Below, piece after piece: positions 50,038 through 64,000 of a DNA stretch of 64,000 nt. Positions within the stretch are counted from its first letter, which is position 1. Each line of letters opens with the position of its first letter. This DNA comes from Paraspadella gotoi (lineage: Eukaryota > Animalia > Chaetognatha). Location of the stretch: NCBI GenBank assembly GCA_051294375.1, contig CM119267.1, positions 12,281,644 through 12,345,643 of the forward strand, read 5' to 3'. The notes under the pieces are model-generated. The model had not been told where the DNA came from, searched no databases, and saw nothing but the letters and a program-made list of their open reading frames with translations. A program made the translations under genes and the position numbers.

Positions 50038-50420
50038 TTTTAAGTCCGAATTTGCTTATCAGCAGATCCGACTCTATACATTCACTTTGTCGTCTGTCGT
50101 CCACCCCCTAAATCCTTGTCGGATCAGAACATCGAATTATGATAAATTATGCCAAAAAAAAATATGCCCCGTCCCGGCCCGTTTCCGTCCGTCCGTCCAC
50201 GCTTAGCATTAAACTGCAATTACCCGGTGATACCCAAACTTCATCGTAATTTATAATAATTTTATTATTAAAAAAAAAAACGTAAGTCCAGCCAAAACTC
50301 TAAAAAGCGTATATTTTTCATATAAAAAATGCGTGACGCGACGCGACGACGTTCACAAAAGAAGCTCACACCGAATCAATATCGAGCACCTGAAACCGGC
50401 CTTCGCCGGCAGGCTCGATA
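50038..50420. mobile_element. Fused partial HINE-1 and HINE-2 heads in opposite orientation (mirror 59780-60150)
   Basis: HINE-1 stem-loop, core and (gtcc)n joined to an inverted HINE-2 head (mirror reads ttttt-atcgagcctg-ccggcgaagccgg-ttcaggctcgat then (gtc)n). Confidence 0.65.
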
Positions 50421-51368
50421 AAAAGGGTCAAACTACCAGCTATATCTCTTGAGCATAAAAATGGTATGAGGGTGAAAAACATGACTGAATCGAAAAAAAA
50501 GTAAATAAGTAAAAGGTAATAAAATTAAAACCAGCAATGTTAAAATTAGCTAAGAACTCATTATTTTTTTTCATTTAATAACTAAAACAAACTACCAAAC
50601 TAAGTAACTTAATTAAGTTCTTTTCAAATGAAATTGTGACGACTCTTATACTAAACTCAGTTATTTTATACCAAGCTCCATAACAGTATATAAATTAATA
50701 AAATATCAATGCAGAACTCTAAAATATGTTTTTGTATTGACTATGGATGAAATTAAAATATTAACCCTTGTGGCAACGGACGGAATCGAACTTGCTCGCG
50801 GCATGCGTCTCTCACATCACTACTTATTAAATAATGTATTAATTGCAGAATAAGTAAATGGTTTTTTTTATAAAAACAACTGGCATTAACATTTCCAGTT
50901 ATAAAAAAAAGAAAAATCCATGTTTATCACGCCACCTTCCGGTTCGTGGTCTAACGCAAAAATCTGATTGACGACACCTTGGTAATCGTTGTAAAGCACT
51001 TAAAATTATACTAAAAACTGAAAACAGTATTTGTACAAATTTTTGACTTAAGGTTTAAAAAAAAAACATTGTAAACGGATATAGAATTTCCTATGGAATC
51101 GTGGAAGTGGCAAATAAGTTTACAATGGAAAAATTTTACCGTTTTAAAAGTATTACTAAAATACTATTAGGACGTAGATTTAAAATTATCGATAAATTAG
51201 ATTGTAGCTAGTCTTTTCTCATTCACCGCCGTTCCTCCCCCATACTTCCTCGTCTTTCGTATTTCCATATTCTCCTTGATAAAAAGTGAACGAATTTTTT
51301 TTTAAATTTTCATTTTTTCGGTCGAAATAATAAAAAAATCTGTGATTGAATAACGAAGATTAATGAAT

Positions 51369-51403
<35 letters not shown>

Positions 51404-51753
51404 TTTTGACGGAGCCAACAATCATTCAGTCAGCCCCGAGGCTTGGGAAGGAAGAATCGTAAAACGAAAAGGGGGATGGTGGGACACGCTGGTGGTTGCG
51501 AAGGTGTTTTATGAGATTGACGAGTTTGAAAAAGTCGTCAACCGGAAATGATTTAATATAATTTTTTATCCTGTAATATAAATTTTAGGTACAAAGAGAA
51601 TGAAATAAAATTCATTTGATCACAGAGTGTTTTTGGTCTCTTCAGTAATCTTTTTCACGGCAGCACCGCCGCCCTCCTTGCGGCGCGAGAGTTTCGGGGC
51701 CTCATTTGACATGCGTAATATTCGAAGAGCAAACTGGGATTAACGACTTAATG

Positions 51754-51835
<82 letters not shown>

Positions 51836-52179
51836 AAGGAGGAGAGAGAGAAGAGAGAGGAAGGAAGGAAGGAAGAAGGAAGGAAAGGATTAAGAATAAG
51901 ACGCTTTCCATGTTTTTTGTTTTTTTAACAAGAAATTTCTCAACCTGGAGAGTAGTTCATAATCCTCACCTTCCTCACCTCTCGTCTCTCCGATTTCCTT
52001 TCCTCCCCAACTTCCATGACTTCACTCAACGCTGCCTTCCTTTTTTTTCCTTCTTTTTTCTAATTTCTCTTCATTTTTATTCTCCGATTTTTTTTTTCTC
52101 TTTCCCTTTTTTCTCTCCGTCACGATATGAGTCAATGGATGTGGATTTTTCATTCTTTCGAGGAAAAAGAGACGCCGCC

Positions 52180-52213
<34 letters not shown>

Positions 52214-52312
52214 GACAAATCCTGGCAGTTCTGTATGAGGGCGTCTTCTCTGGTCGTGATACTTGACCCGGGCTCGAATGGCTCACACTCTCCCTCTTCT
52301 CCTCTCTCTCTC

Positions 52313-52373
<61 letters not shown>

Positions 52374-52398
52374 NNNNNNNNNNNNNNNNNNNNNNNNN

Positions 52399-52470
52399 AG
52401 CCATTCGGACCGGGTCAAAGTATCACGACCAGAGAAAGACGCCCTCATACAGAACTGCCAGGGATTTGTC

Positions 52471-52501
<31 letters not shown>

Positions 52502-52821
52502 CGGCGGCGTCTCTTTTCTCCTCGAAAGAATGAAAAATCCACATCCATTGACTCATATCGTCGACGGAGAGAAAAAAGGGAAAGAGAAAAAAAATCGGGA
52601 GAATAAAAATGAAGAGAAATTAGAGAAAAGAAGGAAAAAAAGGAGGCAGCGTTGAGTGAAGTCAATGGAATTGGGGAGGAAAGGAAATCGGAGAGACGAG
52701 AGGTGAGGAAGGTGAGGATTATGAACTCACTCTCCAGGTTGAGAAATTTCTTGTTAAAAAAAACAAAAAACATGGAAAGCGTCTTATTCTTAATCCCTTT
52801 CCTTCCTTCCTTCCTTCCTCT

Positions 52822-52901
<80 letters not shown>

Positions 52902-53252
52902 CATTAAGTCGTTAATCCCAGTTTGCTCTTCGAATATTACGCATGTCAAATGAGGCCCCGAAACTCTCGCGCCCGCAAGGAGGGCGGCGGTGCGTGCCGT
53001 GAAAAAGATTACTGAAGAGACCAAAAACACTCTGTGATCAAATGAATTTTATTTCATTCTCTTTGTACCTAAAATTTATATTACAGGAATAAAAATTATA
53101 TTAAATCATTTCCGGTTGACGACTTTTTCAACTCGTCAACTCATAAAACCACCTTCGCAACCACCAGCGTGTCCCACCATCCCCCTTTTCGTTTTACGAT
53201 TCTTCCTTCCCAAGCCTCGGGCTGACTGAATGAATTGTTGGCTCCGTCAAAA

Positions 53253-53287
<35 letters not shown>

Positions 53288-53630
53288 AACAGAAATTCAT
53301 TAATCTTCGTTATTCAATCAACAGATTTTTTTATTATTTGCGACCGAAAAATGAAATTTAAAAAAAAATTCGTTTAACTTTTCATCAAGGAGAATATGGA
53401 AATACGAAAGACGAGGAAGATGGGGGACGGAACGGCGGTGAATGAGAAAGACTAGTACAATCTTAATTTATCATAATTTTAAATCTACGTCCTAATAGTA
53501 TTAGTAATACTTTTAAAACTGGTAAAATTTTTCCATTTAAACTTATTTCCACTCCCACGATTCCATAGAAATTCTATATCCTTTACAATGTTTTTTTTTT
53601 AACCATTAAGTCAAAAATTGTTACAATACT
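52399..53630 (-). repeat. Inverted copy of ~51030-52283 between two 25-N gaps
   Basis: Reverse-complement collinearity; N25 at 52374-52398 and 53631-53655. Confidence 0.93.
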
Positions 53631-53659
53631 NNNNNNNNNNNNNNNNNNNNNNNNNGAGA

Positions 53660-56600
53660 GATGAGGACGGAGAGAGAGGGAGGTGGAGAGGAGAGAAGAG
53701 AGTAGAGAAGGAATTGATTGAGGAAATGGCAATTGTAGGAGCGGGATCAAGAGTATAACGAGAATCGAAGGAAAGAGAAAGGGTAAAAGGAATAGAAGAA
53801 ATAAGGAGATAAGGGCAGGATCAGGGAAAGGAAATTAAATGGGAACAAAAGAAAATGGAAGGTATGAGAACCCGCGGGCGTGGGACCGGGGGAGGTTCGG
53901 AAAGGTAGGGAAGAAGGTCGAGCGAAGTGCCGAATTTGGGCCGGAGGAGGGGGGAACGAGGCCGAACAGGAGGCTGGATGGAGGCAAGAGGAGATTCTCG
54001 ACAGATTGTCGCGACGATGCGATGAATACAAGGTTTGGACTCTGTTACTGTTCTCTTGCGCAATGCGCTATTTCGGGACTTTTCATGAATCTATGAATCA
54101 AGGGTTAATTCTTGTAGAGTTTAATAGCTGATGCTAGTGCGGAGTACAAGTTAAGTATTCCGCGATCTCAATGCACTTAATGGAGGGTCTTTTCATACAA
54201 ACTTGACAACATTCTCTTGAAATATTTTTCGACTTCATATAGGTAAAGCCAGGTACTCTGGGAGTTGGAAATAGATGAAACGGCAGGGCGACGTGCTGAG
54301 AGAGTTGCGTAAGCTGATTGGTAAAAGCTTGCAGGGACCCTGCTAATGGTCCATTATGCTGTAAGAGTGCAGGCGGCAGGCCTGTCAATCACGCCACCAC
54401 AAGCCGTAGTCCAGAAGTCATGGGGCAAGATAGCCCAGTCTTATTTTAATCTAAATGAACGGAATAATTCTTACTATTGGTTCGCTTTCGCAACTGTACC
54501 AATTTGCATTCAAAATATCAGCTCCTTTGTTATTTTGATCGCTCGCTAGTGCCGGAGTACAATAATGTGTATTCCCCGTATCTAATCTTAAGGAGTCGGT
54601 CTTTTCATACATTGACAACAGTTTCTTGTGAAATATTTTCATTCATTGATAGGAAGCAGATACTCTGGACGGTGAAAACCGGACTGTCGAGTCCGATGAG
54701 TTTGATTTTTGAAAGCTTCGGCAATGAGGAGACTGCTATGTCAATTATCTTGTAAGAGTGATGGAGGCCTTAAACCACCAAAGCCTGTCCAAACGAGTCA
54801 GGGGCAGATACGCTTTTTATTAAAATGGAATGTGGTAATTTTTCTATTGGTATCGTGGTACCAATTTCATAAAATTTCAGCTCTTGCTATTTTGATTTGC
54901 TAGTGCGGAGTACAATAATATTCCCCGATCTAATACTTAAGGGAGTGGTCTTTCATTACAAATTGAAACATTCTTTGAAATATTCTCACTTCATTGATAG
55001 GGAAGCAGTGTACTCTGGGAGTGAATATAACGAGACTGGTGAGAGGAGTCTTGACTTTGGAAAGCTTCAGGTGAGCTGCTATAGTCTTATCTTGTAGAGT
55101 GATGGAGGGCCTTTAACCACCAAAGCCTGTCCAACGCAGTCAGGCAAGATAGCTTATATTAAATGAGGGTAATTTTTTATAGATTGGTGTGTACCAATTT
55201 GCATAGAATGCATAATATAGAATTAAATGGAATTCTTATAACCTACGCTGTTATTATTTGTAGTTTCCATGTAATTGAGTTTCTTTTTTTTATCTCCTTT
55301 ATTTTTTCGCCGAAGAAGAAAAAAATATAAAGTAATAAGTTATAAGTTTGAAGAAGAGTTTGAATTAGTTGAGTACAACGATTTTATTTTGAATAGTGAA
55401 CATGTTTCGGACTTTTAGTTCAGAGGCTCAATTTTGAGCTCTTTCTTTATCTTAATTTTTCACTTACTCGTAATTCTTAGCTACTCCTCAACAACTAATC
55501 ATAAATTTCCTTGTTCCATTTTCATTATCTTTAAATTAATTAATTATTGTTACTAATTATTTTATTTTATTTGTAAGTTTGCCTATATTTCCTTGTTGTA
55601 CATTGACTGAATGTATAAATCTTTGATATAACCTCTCTTCACACAATTTTCTTTTCAATATCTGGTCTTCTTTCTCTCTCCTTGGTCTAAACTTACCTCT
55701 GTCCTCAACTTTAACCAGCTGTCAAAATCGTTTGTGGTTAACCTTTTCGCTCTCTCTCCTCTCTCTCTCGTCTCTCTCTCTCATCCTCTCCCTCCCTCTT
55801 TTCTCACACACATTTCCTTTAATTTGAAATTGCTTTTTATTCACAAGTGCTGATGCCAATGACTTGAACTAAAGTCAGAAACATGTTCACTAGGGTTCAA
55901 ATAGGAAAGGGTTGCAGAGTCAAATCGAAAATAGTAGTTCATGAACAGTTTTGTCACTAATTACAATGATATATAATTTTGGTTAAAATTTTTCTCAACT
56001 TTTCCGTATACGCCCATATTTATACTAGAGCCAAACTTTGTCAATGGGGTGGCCAGAAGTTCTGATTTGGGAAACCTTCCAAAATGAACTTCATACATTT
56101 CAGAGAAAACTTTCAATGGGACCAAATTTTCTAAAATGGCTAGAAGCATAGTCGATTAATTTTTGAATATTTATTTATAGATAGAAAATGAAAAAAAAAT
56201 TTTGGAATTTTATATTTTTAAAAGCAAATTCAGATATCTTAAAAAGTTGTTTACACAAAGTATAATTCTTTTTTTATATTGTGCATGATTAAGTGGGTTA
56301 AAATCTTGGAAAAAACCACAAAATCATCCTCATCATTAATCATCTATATGATTTTAAAAGTTTATATTGCTCATTTCAGTAATATAACATTCAAAATTTT
56401 TAAAGAAAAGTTTGTAATTTACATTTTTTGTTTAACGTTTTTTGAGCTCTATCAGAATCAATAAAAAAAAGAATGAAAATATACAGAATTTTTTCTTTTA
56501 TATTATTTAGCAAAATATAATTTTTAATTAGCGAACTATCATGTTCTAAATTTTTGGTAAAAACAATATTTGTAAACACGATAACTAATACCAATAATGC

Positions 56601-57478
56601 GGATCGTTTAATACTGTTCGCATTTAAAATTTGAACTTTGTTGGCTACCGCTATTTATACATAGTATCTTACCATAAAAATGTCAAATTTTAAATAGTTT
56701 TTTTTTTTAGTTTGAAAGGAGATTCGGAACTCCTCCATAAAGTTTCATCAAAAGAAATACAAGCCTTAATAAATAAATTATTTCATTAAGTTAGCTAAAA
56801 GTTTAACAATACTATAACAGTTTTTTTAGGATTTTGACCTACTTAATGAGAATTAATTTTCTAAAAATAGTTATGTATTCTTTTTTCAACTTTTCGTGCA
56901 AGGGAACTTCGAATCTGCTTTCCAAAATAAGAAAAAATCTATTTTAAAATTTAACATTTTCTATGATAAGTAACTAAGCTAATATTTAGTATGCGAATTT
57001 TTATTATATCAATGTCTCACAGGTACAAGCCTGTTCATGATCTACTATTGCGAATTTTTGATTCTGACTTGATTTAATATTTTTGTACCGCTTCACTGTT
57101 TTCGAATAAATCGTTATGAATTAATTCAAACTCTTTCTCATACATTTACAAAACCACACGAAACAAAGGATTTCACACAAAGTTTACAAGTTATAATATT
57201 TCTATATGTATTATATTATTAAACATTCAATTTACTGAGAAGGCGATTCGATCTCTAAACGTTCTCGAAAAAAATCTTTGACAAAAAAAAAAAAGAGGTT
57301 AATTCTTTGTCCGGGTCAAAGAAAGATCGGGTCAAAGGATCCCGGTCCGCCAAATCTCGAACCAAAGAGGGTCATCTCTCTCTCTCTCTCTCTCTTTCTT
57401 CTCTCTTCTCTTCTGCTCTCTCTCTCGCTTTCTCTCTCTCTTTTCTCGTCTTTTTCTCTTCTCTCTCTCTCTCTTTCT

Positions 57479-57511
<33 letters not shown>

Positions 57512-57517
57512 TCTTTC

Positions 57518-57558
<41 letters not shown>

Positions 57559-57804
57559 TCTTCTCTACGAATATGAGCCGAGGTTCATTTGACCGGAAGG
57601 GAAAAGAGAAATACGATCGGGGTTAATGCAAGATAACCGGAATGGAGAAACAACAAAGCAACTAAAGAAGGACGTTTTCTCCTGAAACGACGAAACCGAG
57701 AGAAGAGAGGAAAAATTTCAGAGAAGGCGAGAGAGTTCCAAAAACATCCAACCCATAGAAGGGACGTCTTCCTTGAGCCGGATTCGTTTCAAAACTGAGC
57801 AGAC

Positions 57805-57805
<1 letters not shown>
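53660..57805 (+). repeat. Error-rich direct duplicate of ~46120-49230
   Basis: Collinear with many insertions; three 290-bp units instead of one. Confidence 0.92.
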
Positions 57806-57851
<46 letters not shown>

Positions 57852-57889
57852 CGAGAGAGAGGAGAAGAGAGAGAGAGGAGAGAGAGAGG

Positions 57890-57967
57890 TGAGCCATTGC
57901 GACCCGGGTCAAGAGTATCACGACCAGAGGAAGACGCCCCTCATACAGAACTTGCCAGGGATTTGTC

Positions 57968-58002
<35 letters not shown>

Positions 58003-58393
58003 GGCGGCGTCTCTTTTCTCCTCGAAAGAATGAAGAATCCACATCCATTGACTCATATCGTGACGGAGAGAAAAAAGGGAAAGAGAAAAAAAAAATCGGA
58101 TGAGGAATAAAATGAGAGAAATTATGAAAAAAGAAGGAAGAAAAAAAGAAGGCAGCGGTTGGAGCTGAAGTCAATGGAATTCGGGGAGGAAAGGAAATCG
58201 GAGAGACGAGAGGTGAGGAAGGTGAGATTTATGAAACTTACTCTCCAGGTGAGAAATTTCTTTTAAAAAAACAAAAAACATGGGAAAGCGTCTCTATTCT
58301 GTAATCTTCCTCCTCCTTTTCCTTCCTTCTTCCTTCCATTCCTTCCTCTTCTCTTCCTTCTTCCTCTTCTTCTCTTTCTCTCTCTCTCTCTCT

Positions 58394-58446
<53 letters not shown>

Positions 58447-60245
58447 ATTAAGTCGTTAATCCCAGTTGCTCTTCGAATATTACGCATGTAAATGAGGCCG
58501 AAACTCTCGCGCCCGCAGGAGGGCGGCGGTGCGTGCCTGTGAAAAAGAATTACTGAAGAGACCAAAAACACTCTGTGATCAAATGAATTTTATTTCATTC
58601 TCTTTGTACCTAAAATTTATATTACAGGAATAAAAAATTCATATTAAATCATTTCCGGTTGACGACTTTTTTTTCAAAAAACTTTCGTCAACTCATAAAA
58701 CCACCTTCGCCAACCACCAGCGTGTCCCACCATCCCCCTTTTCGTTTTACGATTCTTCCTTCCAAGCCTCGGGGCCTACTGAATGAACTTGTTGGCTCGT
58801 TCAAACAACGGAGACGACGACGACGACGACGACGACGAAACAGAAATTCATTAATCTTCGTTATTCAATCACAGATTTTTTTTATTATTTCGACCGAAAA
58901 AATGAAAAATTTAAAAAAAAATTCGTTACGTTTGTATCAAGGAGAATATGGAAATACGAAAGACGAGGAAGATGGGGGACGGAACGGCGGTGAATGAGAA
59001 AAGACTAGTACAATCTTAATTTATTCATAATTTTAAATCTTACGTCCTAATAGTATTTAGTAATACTTTTAAAACGGTAAAATTTTTCCATTGTAAACTT
59101 ATTTCCACTTCCACGATTCCATAGGAAATTCTATATCCTTTACAATGTTTTTTTTTTAACCATTAAGTCAAAAATTTGTACAAATACTGTTCAGTTTTTA
59201 GTATAATTTTAAGTGCTTTAAACGATTACCAAGGGTGTCGTCAAATCAGATGATTTTGCGTTAGACCCACGAACCGGAAGGTGGCGTGGACTAAAACATG
59301 GAATTTTTCTTTTTTTTATAACTGAAATGTTAAGCTGTTGTTTTTAAAAAAAACCATTTACTTATTCTGCAATTAATACAATTATTTAATAAGTAGTGTG
59401 TGGAAGACGATGCCGCGAGCAGTTCACCGTCCGTTGCACACAAGGGTTAATATTTTAATTTCATCCATAGTCAATACAAAAACATTTTAGAGTTCTGCAT
59501 TGATATTTTATTAATTTATATACTGTTATGGAGCTTGGTATAAAATAACTAAGTTTTAGATAAGAGTCGTCACAATTTCATTTTGAAAAGAACTTAATTA
59601 AGTACTTAGTTCTGGTAGTTTGTTTTAGTATTAATGAAAAAAATAATGAGTCTTAGCTAATTTTAACAATTGCTGGTTTTAATATTTAATACCTTTTACT
59701 TATTTACTTTTTTTTCATCAGTCATGTTTTCACCCTCATACCATTTTTATGCTCAAAGACTATAGCTGGTAGTTTGACCCTTTTTATCGAGCCTGCCGGC
59801 GAAGCCGGTTCAGGCTCGATATTGATTCGGGTGAGCTTCTTTGTGACGTCGTCGTCGTCGGCGTCACGCATTTTTATATAAAAACTACTACGCTTTTATA
59901 GTTTTGGCTGGGACTTACCGTTTTTTTTTAAATAAAAATTATTATAAATTACGATGAAGTTTTATCACGAGTAATTGCAGTTTAATGCTAAGGCGGGACG
60001 GACGGACGGACGGCCGGACGGGCATAATTTTTTTTTGCATAATTTATCATAATTCGATGTTCTGATCCGACAAGATTTAGGGGGTGGACCGACAGACCGA
60101 CAAAGTGAATTATAGAGTCGGAATCTGCTGATAAGCAAATCCGACTTAAAATTCGAGTAGGAGTTGGAGTCTATCTTCGACTCTCAAGATCACTGCGAGA
60201 GACTGTGAAACTAGACCCCCGGGTACTTCTCCTTTTAACCTTCTC

Positions 60246-60285
<40 letters not shown>

Positions 60286-60383
60286 TCTCCTCTCTCTCTT
60301 CAGGATTTGACGCTGGTCCAAAGTCATTGCGTCCAGCATCGAATCCCTGTGGCGTTTCAACCTGAAACGACAGTCTCTCTCTC

Positions 60384-60417
<34 letters not shown>

Positions 60418-60935
60418 CCCTCTCTCTCTCTCTCTCTCTCTCTCTGTCCCACTCCCTCTCTATTTTCCATCGGGTACAGGCCTAAAAAAATGCGCGTTGC
60501 CATGGTGCGACTGTGGTGCGTCGTTAAATCTTGCGTTATGGTTGGTTACTGCGACGTAAAGACGGTCGTGGTCTTCGTCGTCGTCGTCGTCGTCGTCGTC
60601 GTTTTCGTCGTCCTTCTCCGCGTCTTTCTGCCTCCCCGTTCTTTTCCTCTTATAACGATTAATGTCTTTTTAAAAAATATGCGATTAATCATTTAAAAAT
60701 TCATTCCATTGTTCTTCCTGTCAAACGGTCGACTAGTGACTAGCGAAATAAATTAATCTTTAAATCATGAAGTGCCTGACGTTAGGATTAACTAAGCGAG
60801 GGTCAGTTTGAGAAGGGACGGGTGACTCTTTCACAAACAAAAATGGCGACAAGCTTAGTGACTTTCTTTAAGAATGTTGTAGCTTCGGATTTTTTTACGT
60901 TTCGAGGGAAAAGCGAACTCTGTGTTTCCTAACGT
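57890..60935 (-). repeat. Inverted copy of ~49235-52285
   Basis: gagccatt..gacccgggtcaag is the rc of ~52260-52285; gtttcctaacgt at ~60925-60936 is the rc of ~49234-49245; junction lies in a GA tract. Confidence 0.93.
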
Positions 60936-61405
60936 TGTCTTAAAAAAACTGACGACGACGACGAAAAAGAAGAAAGAAAAAAAAGGATTTTGAAAACATA
61001 AAAGATCTTGTGACCGAATTGTTGTTTTCATTGCCACTAATTCTTGCAGTATTTTAACGTAACTTTAAAACGAGGTTTTTTATAGAAGAAGAACAATTCC
61101 AACAACAACAAAAACAACAACAACAACAACAAAAACAACAACAACAACAGAAATTACTGCAAAGGGCGATGGTCCGTGGCGGGCGGATCAAACTCTGTTG
61201 GCGCCATGCCACCTTTCCCGCCCGTCGAGCACGTCTACTTCCGGCGTCAGAGAAAAACGAGTGAGAGAGAGAAATTAGTTGCCAGAGAGCGAGATTTACG
61301 GCGTGGGTTTACAATGCGAGTCAGACTGACAAATCCGGTTACGGTGTATCGGGTTGAGATTTATGGGCGCGAATCAATTTATCCATCTCCTCGCTTCAGA
61401 GAGTG

Positions 61406-61441
<36 letters not shown>

Positions 61442-61906
61442 GGAATTGGCAATTGGATATTTCATGAAACAAAAGCGATAAAAAATAAAACTTAAAAAAG
61501 AAAAAAATAAATAAAAACACGAACGAAAACGCCTTTATAAATTTTGGAATTTATTCCATCGCGTATGGAATTATCATTATCATTATCATTATCATTATCA
61601 TTATCCCATCGCATATGGAATCAGGACCCAAAACGGAATCGGATCCGCGCCTCGTATAAAATCCGCCGAAAGTCGAATTCTGCTCTCCCATTAGACGAGC
61701 CATCAATAGAACCAACCAATGAGAAGAGGGGCTTAATGCCATCGGGAAAATAGCCCTTGTCGATGATCCGATTGCACTGTATAAATATTTGCCTTTTTGT
61801 ATTTCATCCATGTCTCAAATTATTGACACCGTCTCAGCTTGTGACTTTTCTAAGAATAAAATCCACTTTGGTTTCATGTTGAAATCCCTGTCTTCTTAAT
61901 TAAATG

Positions 61907-61973
61907 TGGTGACAGGAGTGGATTCGACAAACCACGACTCCGAGAAGAACATACAAGCCACGACCACGCCACC
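61907..61973 (-). pseudogene. Decayed tRNA-derived fragment (Leu-like 3' half, ends in CCA); pseudogene or SINE head
   Basis: Minus strand ...ttctcggagtcgtggtttgtcgaatccactcctgtcacca resembles a tRNA-Leu variable arm, T-arm and acceptor; no intact D or anticodon arm. Confidence 0.35.
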
Positions 61974-63410
61974 CTTCAGAAAAATGAACTTTAATGATCC
62001 GACTTAAATGATCCGACTTATCCCCAAAGTCCATTTCACTTTTTCACGGTTAGAACTTCACCAATTTCCACTCACGCAATCACTTTCACCTCATGATCTT
62101 TTTTCTTAATTTTGGCTCCCGGTCCCCTCTCCCGTCTCAGGAAACCATCGCTTCTCAATTCCTCCCTTCATTGCGAACCCAGATATCCCGGGTCCGATAT
62201 TTATCTTTTTTTCTTTTTTATCTTCACTCTTGCGCTCATCAACCCCGTTTTATCGCCCCTCCCCCCCATTAACCATTACATCCCTTTCTGAACCCCTCTC
62301 CCCTTATTCCCCCAACCCCCCAACCTCGCTCCACCCTCTCGCGCCATCGCATCAAATTGTGCGGAACATTTGCTCTTTTTTTTTCATTCATCGATTTTGC
62401 TTTAATCCTCGATTTTATTCTCCGTGGAATCGTTATCGTCGTCGTCGTCGTTGTAGTTGTGGTCGTCGTCTCTCTGGCGTCTTCCCCGGGCGTCATTGTC
62501 GTCGTTGTCGTCCTCGTTCGAGGGGATTCCGCCCGCTGTCGGCATTATCGTCGACCTTGCGATTTAATCCGCGTCATCATCATCGTCGTCGTCGTCGTCG
62601 TCGTCGTCCTCCTCCTCTCTTTCGTTTCTCTCGTTGTTGCAGTTGTTGTCGTTGTAGTTGTTCATAGTTCGCCTGTCGAAACTGTTTGTCGTCTTTACAA
62701 TTTTCGTGGCCATTGTCGTTTGAGGCGTCGTTACGTCCGGGGGTGAGACTTGTGATCGTAACTCGCGAGTCACAACGATATTTTTTTTGAGTGTTTGAAA
62801 GAAAATAAGATTTATACGAAAGAAAAAAGAAAAAAAGAATGAAAAAAGAAACAAAGATTCAAAAGATTAAAATAAATTTAGATTTAGAAAATAAAATAAA
62901 GGGGAAAAAACAGGTTGAATTTAAAAAAATATATTAATTTTATACTTTTGTAAACCCCAACAAAAAATCTCAATTCCCAACAATTTAAATAAAAATAAAA
63001 AGGAGCGAACAAAACATATAATATAATATAATATAATTATTAATAAATATAGCTAACTAACTTTTTATAAAATATAAAATTCAGAAATAAACTTATTAAA
63101 ATATTTTTATAAATCTTTACTTCAAAAGCATTTGTAAATTTTATAAAACTGTTTACGCCTCTATCCCTCTATCCTTCTACCTCTCTATCCCTCTATCCCT
63201 CTACCCTTCTACCTCTCTATCCCTCTATCCTTCTACCGGCGGCGTCAAGAAAATGTTAAAATCGAAAACGTCTTTCGTCAAATAGAACCTAGATCATCAC
63301 TTTATTATTTTAATCTTTTTATTTTTTGAAATTGGTACAACCAATATATTTTTTTAAAATCTTTTATATCCGCAGTTGTTCCGTTGTTCCTGTCGCTCTC
63401 TCTCTCTCTC

Positions 63411-63769
63411 NNNNNNNNNNNNNNNNNNNNNNNNNNNNNNNNNNNNNNNNNNNNNNNNNNNNNNNNNNNNNNNNNNNNNNNNNNNNNNNNNNNNNNNNNN
63501 NNNNNNNNNNNNNNNNNNNNNNNNNNNNNNNNNNNNNNNNNNNNNNNNNNNNNNNNNNNNNNNNNNNNNNNNNNNNNNNNNNNNNNNNNNNNNNNNNNNN
63601 NNNNNNNNNNNNNNNNNNNNNNNNNNNNNNNNNNNNNNNNNNNNNNNNNNNNNNNNNNNNNNNNNNNNNNNNNNNNNNNNNNNNNNNNNNNNNNNNNNNN
63701 NNNNNNNNNNNNNNNNNNNNNNNNNNNNNNNNNNNNNNNNNNNNNNNNNNNNNNNNNNNNNNNNNNNNN
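63411..63769. other. Assembly gap (N run) within a CT microsatellite
   Basis: Run of N flanked by (ct)n on both sides. Confidence 0.99.
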
Positions 63770-64000
63770 CTCTCTCACACGCCCTCTCTCTCACTCTTTA
63801 TCTTTAGCTCTCGTGAACCATAAAAATATGATTACCACTTCTAAGATTTAATTTTATTTTTATTTACTTTTTGTTAACTTTCCAATCAATTCACTCTTTC
63901 AGCCAGTTCGCTCCTAGGAGGTCCCGTATTCTCGACAGGCTCGCGGAATCACTCTCCCTGAACAAATCCAATCAAGAATAAAAGTTGTTTTAAAATCTAC

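Noticed and set aside
50770-50810. Intact tRNA gene
   Set aside because: Only a B-box-like 3' fragment; no cloverleaf.

Overview
Eukaryotic (probably invertebrate animal) AT-rich, repeat-dense genomic DNA with abundant (GA/CT)n and (GAC/GTC)n microsatellites. No complete protein-coding gene is recognisable, and nearly all ORFs in the track are microsatellite translations. Much of the window is redundant: several kb-scale blocks occur two or three times in direct or inverted orientation, with raw-read-like indels and eight exactly 25-N gaps. This points to uncollapsed haplotypes plus long-read gap filling rather than true palindromes. The recognisable content is a nest of non-autonomous transposons: hAT MITEs with 8-bp TSDs, a Tc1-like relic with DDE remnants, two Helentron-associated (HINE/DINE-1-like) families with variable cargo, TGT...ACA MITEs, a solo LTR, and a 2.4-kb foldback-like element that is present in one copy of its site and absent in another. 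The most notable signal is a set of minimal type I hammerhead ribozymes in three covarying sequence variants. They sit at the inverted ends of short, ORF-less Penelope-like relics, two of which share a ~30-nt tail. There is also a candidate first coding exon on the minus strand (18875-19017) below a tandem-CCAAT/GC-box promoter.
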